This document shows positions 1 through 7,203 of a stretch of 26,564 nucleotides of DNA, piece after piece. A program made the translations under genes and the position numbers. The stretch covers positions 1 to 26,564 of the IMG/VR virus record IMGVR_UViG_3300005859_000008, one strand, 5' to 3'. The notes beneath the pieces are model-generated. The model worked only from the letters and a program-made list of their open reading frames with translations. It was not told the DNA's origin and made no database searches. The stretch's first letter is position 1, and the number at the start of each line of letters is the position of its first letter.

Positions 1-22
1 AATATGAATATTGTGGTCTAGG

Positions 23-142
23 AAATTCCTAAATTCCTAAATTCCTAATTTCCTAAATTCCTAAGTTCCTAAATTCCTAAATTCCTAATTTCCTAAATTC
101 CTAAATTAGGAAGTTCCTAAATTAGGAAATTCCTAAATTCCA
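23..142. repeat. Rudiviral terminal 8-bp tandem repeat array (AAATTCCT)n, part of the inverted terminal repeat
   Basis: 15 in-phase 8-bp units (AAATTCCT with variants AATTTCCT, AAGTTCCT, AAATTAGG, AAATTCCA). Contains AAATTCCTAAATTCCTAAATT, the reverse complement of the conserved rudiviral terminal motif AATTTAGGAATTTAGGAATTT. Confidence 0.9.
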
Positions 143-1160
143 ATTTTGCTCCTTTTTTGCAAAAATTAATTAAATTTCGCACTAAAATTAATAAATTGGA
201 AATTCCTATTTTCCAAAATTCCAAAATTCCAAATAATTGTACATCTTGGAATAATATTCCTAAATTGAGAAATATTGGAAATTGCTAACTTCCAATTAAT
301 CTGTCATTTTGCAATAAAAAGTTAAAAAATTGGAAATTCCAAAATTTGGAATAATTTATCATCTCCAAATTTAAATTGGAGAAGTTTATAATATTGGAAA
401 ATTGGAAATTTGGAATAATTTGTCATCTGGAGATATTAATAGTTAATAGCTTTTAATTTGAAAATTAATAACTTTCCAGAACCAAAACTCCAATTAAAAG
501 CTGCAAAGTTACTAAACATATTTGAGAGTTCTTTAAATTAGAGAGTTATAAGTTATTAAATTTTATAGCTTTCGGGAACCAAAACTACAGTTTAAAGTTA
601 TATAGTTACTAAACATATTTGGAAGTTATTATATTTCTCCAGTTAGGATTTTTTGCGTTTGGAGCTGGAGAAATTGGAAGTTTAGAAAGAAAGATTTAAA
701 TAGCAGGAGAAAGCATTTTTTATATGTAGTGAGGAGTATCTTTCTCCTTTTTATTATTTTTTTATTTTTATTATTACCATTATAGAAAAAATATATTAAT
801 ATATTATTATAGTTTGTTAATTTATAAGTTTGTAAATTATGCAGCTATGTAATTTGCATATTATATAATTTGTTAATTATCATATTGCATAACTATGTAG
901 TTAGTAAATTATTATATTATAAGTTATAAGTTAATAGTTATAGTCAGATCCAAAATAGGTTATTTTACGCAATTTTACCGTTCGTAAACAATTTTTCTCT
1001 TCTAGAACGAGATAAATTGGAGGAATAAAAATAAGTTGTTTTTATGAACCATAATTTGCATATTTTAAAAATTTCAAGTTATGTAATTACAATTTTCAGT
1101 TTTATTTAGCAGGAGCTAAAGAAATTGGAGTAAAAGGATCAGAAATAAAAGTCACAAAAC
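143..1160. repeat. Non-coding terminal/ITR region with degenerate direct repeats
   Basis: No credible ORF. Many GGAAATT/AATTCC motifs. ~60-bp direct repeat with a 97-bp period (exact core AGTTACTAAACATATTTG at 507-524 and 604-621). AAATTTGGAATAATTT(A/G)TCATCT occurs twice (~342, ~406). The ITR extent cannot be set without the other genome end. Confidence 0.6.
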
Positions 1161-1163
1161 TAC

Positions 1164-1194
1164 AAAGATAAAAAGACAAAGAAAACTTTAAATA
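1164..1194 (+). promoter_or_regulatory. Early-type BRE/TATA promoter with no ORF downstream
   Basis: AAAGATAAAAAGACAAAGAAAACTTTAAATA, nearly identical to the promoters at 1512, 1981 and 3421. Confidence 0.65.
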
Positions 1195-1511
1195 TAGGTT
1201 TTGACATACATTAATTTGAGAAAGAAAGAAAGCCCGCACTCTGGCTCGTTTTTCTCCTTTTCCAAATAAAAATACAAAGCTTAGCCAATTTGGAATTATC
1301 TCGTTTTTCTCATAAAAATGTAAAAAACAATAATTGCGAAAAAAATGTAATTTTTGAGAAATTTGAAATTTGTAAATTTTTCCAAAAAAACGAAATAATT
1401 CATATTTGTGAAAAAAATGAAAAAATGAAGAAAATTGGAATTTTCAGATTTTCTATGCAGGTTTGAGAGAAATTGGAAATGATGTCGAAAGTTTGAGATT
1501 TTTAAAAGTAT

Positions 1512-1542
1512 AAAGATAAAAAGCTAAAGAAAACTTTATAAA
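1512..1542 (+). promoter_or_regulatory. Early-type BRE/TATA promoter
   Basis: AAAGATAAAAAGCTAAAGAAAACTTTATAAA, ~35 nt before ATG 1577, followed by a GGGG SD-like site. Confidence 0.75.
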
Positions 1543-1576
1543 GGAGGAGATGTACAAAGTATAATTGGGGAAAAAT

Positions 1577-1822
1577 ATGATAACACAAAGTTTAAAAATT
1601 TCACAAGAACAAGCTAAGTCAATAAAACAATTAGCCCAGTTTTTTGGTAATTGGGCCGAATTTGAATATGCAGGTATAATATTTGAGTTTTGGATAATGA
1701 AGATGCCGATAAACAATGATAATGAAAAAATTGGTGAAGAAAATGTTTATGGGATAATTTGTAAGAGTTCTTGTAACAATTCGTTATGGTTTGAAATACA
1801 ACATCAGAGTTACTTTGATTAA
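1577..1822 (+). CDS. Small early hypothetical protein (81 aa), anti-defence candidate
   Basis: ATG 1577 follows TGGGGAAAAAT and a strong promoter, so it is preferred over the track TTG at 1565. T-tract after the stop. Confidence 0.75.
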   Translation: MITQSLKISQEQAKSIKQLAQFFGNWAEFEYAGIIFEFWIMKMPINNDNEKIGEENVYGIICKSSCNNSLWFEIQHQSYFD

Positions 1823-1875
1823 ACTATTTTTTTTATTTTTTCTTATTTTTCTCCATACTATTTCTTATTTTACAA

Positions 1876-2012
1876 TTTAGCCAAGATTATCGGTATTTTT
1901 TTTCAGTTTTATGATAAAAATACAAAGCAGGTTAAAATTGTAAGATATTGTTAGTAACATTAAAGAAAATGAAAGATAGAGATGTAAAAAGCTAAAGAAA
2001 AATTTATATATG
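1876..2012 (+). repeat. Early-gene upstream cassette block, copy A (includes BRE/TATA)
   Basis: Aligns without gaps to 3316-3452 (offset 1440). Related copies at ~1231, ~2441, ~2895-3030 and ~3797. Confidence 0.85.
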
Positions 2013-2045
2013 TGTTTTGACATAATGTATATTGGGGAAAACAAA

Positions 2046-2363
2046 ATGAACGTGCAAAACAAACAAGAAAAAGAATTAAATGAAAAGGTAAATCAAATAT
2101 TGGAAAAGGTAAAGGAGGAGGGTGAAATTTTTTTAGTTACCCTTACTCCTGAGCAGTTGAGAAGTACTGGATTTGAAGAAGATGAGGACTTCTGGAATTT
2201 CGAATATGTATTCATATATGTTCAATATGACGGAGTATACAAGATAAAGTACGAATTTAACGGTGACCCGTCAAATGTACTGTATGAAACTATAGACGAT
2301 ATAGGAAGTTTCAAAGATTTTGTAGAAGTTTTGAAGAAATATCTTAGTTTCAGAAAATATTGA
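2046..2363 (+). CDS. Small acidic early hypothetical protein (105 aa), anti-defence/Acr candidate
   Basis: ATG 2046 follows GGGGAAAACAAA; the track start at 2010 sits at the 3' edge of the TATA box. E/D-rich. Long T-tract after the stop. Confidence 0.8.
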   Translation: MNVQNKQEKELNEKVNQILEKVKEEGEIFLVTLTPEQLRSTGFEEDEDFWNFEYVFIYVQYDGVYKIKYEFNGDPSNVLYETIDDIGSFKDFVEVLKKYLSFRKY

Positions 2364-2569
2364 TTTTTTTATTTTCTCCAATTTTTTTTAGCTTATTTTT
2401 TTCTTTTTGAGTTTCTATTTCCCCAATTTCATTTTCCAAATTAGCCTAAACTCTGGAAAATTTTTCTCAGTTTCCAAATACTAATTGTAAATGTATAAAA
2501 ATTGTAGACACAAAGATAAAGATGTCTTTAAATTTGTCGTAAGATATATTTTGTTTTTAGTGATTTTAG

Positions 2570-2827
2570 ATGGTCTTAACTAAAAAGATAGAAAAAGTTG
2601 AGACATATTTTTGTGAAAAATGTGGTAAAAAATTATTAGAAAAATTGTCAAACAAAAATAATATAATTTATAACGGTTGTGACCATTACATTTGGTATAT
2701 TCTTCCATATGATTATTATCAACAACAATCGATTGTGGAAGGTAAGAAGTATGTGGAATGGCTGAAGAAAAATAAAGAGTTAATGGTCCAAAGTGGAAAA
2801 GAAGTATATTTTCTGATGAAAAAGTAA
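2570..2827 (+). CDS. Putative Zn-ribbon protein, CxxC...CDHY (85 aa)
   Basis: CEKC and GCDHY motifs; paralog of 3482 and 4791; TTTAAATTTGTC promoter at ~2527. Confidence 0.8.
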   Translation: MVLTKKIEKVETYFCEKCGKKLLEKLSNKNNIIYNGCDHYIWYILPYDYYQQQSIVEGKKYVEWLKKNKELMVQSGKEVYFLMKK

Positions 2828-3063
2828 TTATAGTTTTTTAATTTCTAATTTGTAAATTCAGAATTTGCATATTTGCAGTTGTTAATTTCCTAATTTTGGA
2901 AAAATTGTATAGAGTTTTTCTCAGTTTACAATTCGAAATACAAAGCAGGTCAAAATTGTTCATTAACGTTAATGACGTTAAAAATAACGAAAGATAAAAA
3001 GGTGAAAAGATAGAGATAAATTTATAAAGGGGCAATTACATATGTTATATTGGGGATAAAAAA

Positions 3064-3231
3064 ATGAAAACAATAAATGTGAATGGGACAAAATATTACA
3101 TACAAACAAAAGATGATTTAATAAGTTTAGTTCATCAGTTGGTAAAACAAGGCTATTCGGTACAACAGATTGCAAAATTATTAGATGTAACCGAAAGAAC
3201 CGTAAGAAAATATTTAAATGACTGCTGGTAA
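3064..3231 (+). CDS. HTH DNA-binding protein, SIRV2 Gp1 (ORF83a)/SIRV1 ORF56a-like (55 aa); absent from the ORF track
   Basis: Hand translation: MKTINVNGTKYYIQTKDDLISLVHQLVKQGYSVQQIAKLLDVTERTVRKYLNDCW. Classic HTH (GYSVQQIAKLLDVTERTVRKYL), GGGGA SD, early promoter at ~3005-3028. Confidence 0.88.
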   Translation: MKTINVNGTKYYIQTKDDLISLVHQLVKQGYSVQQIAKLLDVTERTVRKYLNDCW

Positions 3232-3315
3232 GTTAGTTATTTTTTTATTTTCCAAATTTCAAGTTATCAATTTTTTATTTTCTAGTTCTACTTTTTCTCA
3301 TTTTTCAATTTACTA

Positions 3316-3452
3316 TTTAGCCAAGATTATGGAGAATTTTTTTCAAGTTTGAGATAAAATTACAAAGCAGTTAGAAAATACAAGATAACGACAGTAATGT
3401 TAAAGAAAACGAGAGATAGAGATGTAAAAAGACAAAGAAAAATTTAAATATG
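3316..3452 (+). repeat. Early-gene upstream cassette block, copy B (includes BRE/TATA)
   Basis: Ungapped match to 1876-2012. Confidence 0.85.
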
Positions 3453-3481
3453 AGAGAAGGGATAATATAAATTGAGGAGAA

Positions 3482-3745
3482 ATGATAGAAAGGGTAAGAA
3501 CAAAAGATTCAGTTATATATAAATGTGTAGGTTGTAATAAAGTTCTAGGAGAATTAACTGACGTTGGAGAGGTAATTGTAAAGCCAAGTTGTGAACATTA
3601 CAGATGGATAGAAAGTTCAAGCGAATGTTATTATTATATGCTTCCTGGATGTGGAAGAAGTTATATAAGATGGTTAAAGGAGAATTATGTTTTAAAGCTG
3701 GAGTCTCCAGGAACTGTTTTTCTTTTAATTCCAAGACAAAGTTAA
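3482..3745 (+). CDS. Putative Zn-ribbon protein, CxxC...CEHY (87 aa), SIRV ORF90-like
   Basis: CVGC and SCEHY motifs; GAGGAG SD; early promoter; T-tract terminator. Confidence 0.82.
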   Translation: MIERVRTKDSVIYKCVGCNKVLGELTDVGEVIVKPSCEHYRWIESSSECYYYMLPGCGRSYIRWLKENYVLKLESPGTVFLLIPRQS

Positions 3746-4035
3746 TTTTTTTATTTCAAGTTTTCAATTTCTAGTTCTTAATTTTTAATTTATAAATTAG
3801 CTAAGATTATGGACAATTTTTCTCCTTCTCCAAATAAAAATACAAAGATGATAAAAACTAATTTACAATATGAGTAATATTGCATATTGGACGTTTGAAA
3901 ACTGTAAAACTGCAGTTTTTTGGGTCTTTTTGATAATTTTCTTCTAGATACAAGGAGGAGAGAAAGTGGAGATGAAGAGATAAAGAGAGTTTTATATTTG
4001 TCATAAAGAATATGTAATTTTAGGGGGATAAAAAG

Positions 4036-4599
4036 ATGGGAAATTTAAGAGTTCAAGTTCAATATAAAGATGGAAAATACCCTTACTTTTTCGATAAGGA
4101 ACTAAATATAACTGGAATAGGTTCTAGAAATAAAGGTAGAGCTATTTATACGAGTGGAAAATTGGTTAAAGAAGAAAATGGAAAAAGTTATATGGATTTT
4201 GAACAGATTAGTCCAATAACAGTAAAATTACAAAATGCTAAAATAACGGTTACACAGTCAGGAACTTTAGTAATAAAACCAGAAGAAAGTTCAACACTTT
4301 ATGTTGTAGAAATTCCAGGCGGATATAGGGGAAGTCCTACTACTGAAATTCTATATGGAGATTGCCAAAAGACTAGTATATTAATGTCTCCTGCTGGAAG
4401 TTTAGGCGTTATAGAACATCTTTGGTGTAATGGAAATGCAGAATTTTTGTACAGTATTTCTGGTAGAACTAGAACTGCTGGATTTGAAAATTTAATTGAA
4501 TTATTTGGAGAAAATTTGAATGGAAGAATAATGATAAAAGATGGAAATGTTAAAGTAATTTATGATGAGGAATTAGATAAATTACTAAACGATTCTTAG
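4036..4599 (+). CDS. Hypothetical beta-rich protein (187 aa)
   Basis: Long ORF, AGGGGGA SD, TTTTATATTTGTC promoter at ~3989; Gly-rich motifs GGYRGS and SPAGSLG. Confidence 0.85.
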   Translation: MGNLRVQVQYKDGKYPYFFDKELNITGIGSRNKGRAIYTSGKLVKEENGKSYMDFEQISPITVKLQNAKITVTQSGTLVIKPEESSTLYVVEIPGGYRGSPTTEILYGDCQKTSILMSPAGSLGVIEHLWCNGNAEFLYSISGRTRTAGFENLIELFGENLNGRIMIKDGNVKVIYDEELDKLLNDS

Positions 4600-4611
4600 G
4601 AGGGGAAGAAA

Positions 4612-4791
4612 ATGACATTAACAAAAGAACAAAAAGAAATTTTGGAAAGAATGTATAATAGGATAGATTATATTATTCAAAAGTATAAAGAGTATTTAGA
4701 TGCTTTATCTGAATTTGATAAAAATGGAGTATTGAAAATTCATGGGAAAGTTCTTTATGTAAGAAAATTCGATAAAAAGGTGAATAAATAA
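4612..4791 (+). CDS. Small protein (59 aa), possible viral antitoxin mimic; absent from the ORF track
   Basis: Hand translation: MTLTKEQKEILERMYNRIDYIIQKYKEYLDALSEFDKNGVLKIHGKVLYVRKFDKKVNK. GGAGGGG SD; stop overlaps the next ATG (TAATG). The ORF is well supported; the function is inferred. Confidence 0.8.
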   Translation: MTLTKEQKEILERMYNRIDYIIQKYKEYLDALSEFDKNGVLKIHGKVLYVRKFDKKVNK

Positions 4792-5018
4792 TGAATGTAA
4801 AATTAGAAAATTACGGGAATATGATAATATATAAATGTCCAAGATGTTATAGAGAATTAATAATTAAAGAGAATGGATATTTTGCATTTACTAATAATTG
4901 TGAGCATTATAAAGTTTATATATTACGTTCTAACGATATTATTCCATGCCAAAAAGATAAAAAAGAAGCCGAATTTATAGATGATAATGGATGGATGTAT
5001 GTAATTTGTAAAAAGTAA
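4791..5018 (+). CDS. Putative Zn-ribbon protein, CxxC...CEHY (75 aa)
   Basis: CPRC and NCEHY motifs; AGGTGA SD; translationally coupled to the upstream ORF. Confidence 0.8.
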   Translation: MNVKLENYGNMIIYKCPRCYRELIIKENGYFAFTNNCEHYKVYILRSNDIIPCQKDKKEAEFIDDNGWMYVICKK

Positions 5019-5031
5019 TCATGGTGAGATA

Positions 5032-5343
5032 ATGTTTCTAGATAATGAGGATGATTTACTTGGAAATGTTACAATAGAAAAACATAATGATTATTTTGAA
5101 ATTGTCTTTACGAAAAGTTACAGATGTACAATTTCAAATTATAAGGAAGGATATTGTTTAGTAGAACATATAAATAACGGCTGGCTTTCTGATGTTTATT
5201 TTATATCTTATGAAAAACTTGGAGCCAAAAATCTTGGTGAATTATTTTGTTTGTTAATGAAAAAACCAAGAGAAATTGTAAAATTGCTTACAGAGAATGA
5301 TATACCAATAGACAAACTTATTGTGAAATATTTTGATAACTAG
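5032..5343 (+). CDS. Hypothetical protein (103 aa)
   Basis: GGTGAG SD; last gene of the 4036-5343 operon; T-tract follows. Confidence 0.78.
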   Translation: MFLDNEDDLLGNVTIEKHNDYFEIVFTKSYRCTISNYKEGYCLVEHINNGWLSDVYFISYEKLGAKNLGELFCLLMKKPREIVKLLTENDIPIDKLIVKYFDN

Positions 5344-5384
5344 TATTGATTATTTTTTTAATTGTCATTTTTTAACTTTAATTT

Positions 5385-5579
5385 ATGGAATGTGAAATAT
5401 GGAAATATTTTCTTCATGGAAAGACACATGACCTTTATGGACTAATAATTCTCTTTATTCTATCTTTTATTCTTTATTTTACAGTTCAAACTGAAATTCA
5501 AAAGATAATTACAATCTTTCAGCTTATAATTATAACTGGAATTTTTGTTGATTTATGGTCTCATTGCTTCCATCATTAA
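5385..5579 (+). CDS. Small two-TM membrane protein (64 aa)
   Basis: Two hydrophobic stretches (LYGLIILFILSFILYF; IITIFQLIIITGIFV). TTTAATTGTC promoter upstream suggests a leaderless transcript. Confidence 0.7.
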   Translation: MECEIWKYFLHGKTHDLYGLIILFILSFILYFTVQTEIQKIITIFQLIIITGIFVDLWSHCFHH

Positions 5580-5601
5580 AAAATGAAAAAAATAGATTAG
5601 C

Positions 5602-6321
5602 TTAAAATATCTTTTTTAATCTATCTACAATTTTTTCTATATCTTTTACGAGCGATTTTACAGTACTTACATCACTTTCTGGAAGTTCTAATATTAGTCT
5701 TTGTGTAACAATTTGTCCTAAATTATCTATCAGAAATTGATAGCTTTGAACAATATATGGGTCTGGAGGATAATTCACATAAATTCCAGTCTGATATTCA
5801 TATTCCACAATCTCCGTAAAATCATAAACTACAGTAAATAGATTCTGATTTAATGGAGTTACTTCCAATAATTGTCCAGATAAACTTTGTAAATTATTAA
5901 ATCCGTACTCTGGAGCTATAATTACAGAGTTTGGTGGAATTTGGAAGACAAAAGCTATAGTTCTATTGCTCAATTTATTCCTTACAATTGCTAAAGAATA
6001 AAGTGGAATATTATTCAAATTAGTTATGAAGTTTGACAAATCATTAGCAAAGTAAACCTCAGCAAATGCATTACCAAATAGATATTGTGGAATTGTATAA
6101 GTCTGTCCATTTAATGTTATTTCTGCTCCTCTGAGGAGAGATACAAGTATTGAAGAATTTGTTTTGTTTTGCATTATCCAATCTACTCTTCCTTGTGATT
6201 GATTGTATGTATAATATAGAGTCAATTTTTCATTTTGCCATAGTAAATTGGCATTTTGTGGTATAGATGTATCGACTTTGATTTGTTTTATATCTGTATA
6301 TGTTTTCCTCATTTTTATCAA
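5602..6321 (-). CDS. Rudiviral hypothetical protein (~236-239 aa; possibly SIRV1 ORF241-like)
   Basis: Long ORF. Start is TTG 6321 or ATG 6312. TTTTTAATGTC promoter on the minus strand at ~6339-6349. Confidence 0.85.
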   Translation of the reverse strand: MIKMRKTYTDIKQIKVDTSIPQNANLLWQNEKLTLYYTYNQSQGRVDWIMQNKTNSSILVSLLRGAEITLNGQTYTIPQYLFGNAFAEVYFANDLSNFITNLNNIPLYSLAIVRNKLSNRTIAFVFQIPPNSVIIAPEYGFNNLQSLSGQLLEVTPLNQNLFTVVYDFTEIVEYEYQTGIYVNYPPDPYIVQSYQFLIDNLGQIVTQRLILELPESDVSTVKSLVKDIEKIVDRLKKIF

Positions 6322-6350
6322 AATATAATTTTAATTATGACATTAAAAAG

Positions 6351-6530
6351 TTAATATACTCCTAAATCTTCAGAATTGTATATTCTTATTTTATTTTCTC
6401 TTATTTTTTCTGACAAAATTATTAGTCCGTTAGCTATTATTTCATTAATTTTCTCATTTCCATTTACATTTTCTATTTCAAAAATTACTTTAATAATTAT
6501 TTTATTCCCTTTCTTGGAATAAATTATCAT
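6351..6530 (-). CDS. Hypothetical protein (59 aa); absent from the ORF track
   Basis: Hand translation: MIIYSKKGNKIIIKVIFEIENVNGNEKINEIIANGLIILSEKIRENKIRIYNSEDLGVY. Fills the gap; divergent from 6595 around a shared TTTTAAA box. Confidence 0.6.
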   Translation of the reverse strand: MIIYSKKGNKIIIKVIFEIENVNGNEKINEIIANGLIILSEKIRENKIRIYNSEDLGVY

Positions 6531-6594
6531 AACTTAAAATAAGAATAAAAATGATTTTAAATATGTCATATTTCTAAACAGAATATGATTAGAT

Positions 6595-7116
6595 ATGTAT
6601 ATAGTTTTACGGGAATTGGATAAAGAAAAATTTAGGAAAAATATCATTACATGGTTAGACGGTGATGATGTTATTGAAAGTTGTTTTACTGATTTTAAAT
6701 ATGTTGTTACAGAAACAGTAATCCAAATGATTTCTGAAGTTGTAGAAAAAGATGATTGGAATTTACAATATTTTAACGAAAAGGAATCAGAAAGATTATT
6801 TAAGGCATTTATGGAAAATTCTAAAATTACGATTAGATTAATTAAACAGATTGATGAAGTAAATTATGTATTTGATGAAATTATTGTTGAATTTGATTTT
6901 TCGGAAATTGAGAAAAAAGAAATTGTGGAAATATATCTAGATAATATACTTAATGAATGTCAATATTTAGAAAGATGTATATTTGATAGTTTAGAAGAAT
7001 TAAATATAGATTTAATAACAGAACTTCTTAGTGACCAAATTTATCAATTTTTAAGTCCTGAGGAAATAAAGAAGAAATTTAAAGATAAAATAGAGAAAAT
7101 TGTAAATAATAAATAA
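6595..7116 (+). CDS. Acidic hypothetical protein (173 aa), paralog of 7204-7773
   Basis: Shared blocks ESC(F/Y)T(D/N)FK and LSPEEIKxxFKDKIE; TTTTAAATATGTC promoter. Confidence 0.85.
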   Translation: MYIVLRELDKEKFRKNIITWLDGDDVIESCFTDFKYVVTETVIQMISEVVEKDDWNLQYFNEKESERLFKAFMENSKITIRLIKQIDEVNYVFDEIIVEFDFSEIEKKEIVEIYLDNILNECQYLERCIFDSLEELNIDLITELLSDQIYQFLSPEEIKKKFKDKIEKIVNNK

Positions 7117-7203
7117 TTTGTATTTTTAAAAATTTCTAAATCGAAATTCAAAGATATTTTTATATTTGTCATAAAGGATAAATTGATTCGGGGAAACAAA
7201 AAA

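Noticed and set aside
23-142. CRISPR array
   Set aside because: Contiguous 8-bp units without spacers; matches the rudiviral terminal motif.
2046-2363. Naming this ORF AcrID1, or any ORF AcrIIIB1, AcrIII-1 or PVAP
   Set aside because: Size, acidity and position fit an Acr, but I cannot recognise family-specific sequence; an HMM search is needed.
1877-3035. Minus-strand hydrophobic ORFs 1877-2062 and 2838-3035 as paralogous membrane peptides
   Set aside because: They are antisense readings of the A-rich repeated promoter blocks; the similarity and F/L/I bias follow from the DNA repeat.
1453-3734. Minus-strand ORFs 1453-1716, 2978-3175 and 3513-3734
   Set aside because: Shadows of better-supported plus-strand genes that have promoters and SD sites.
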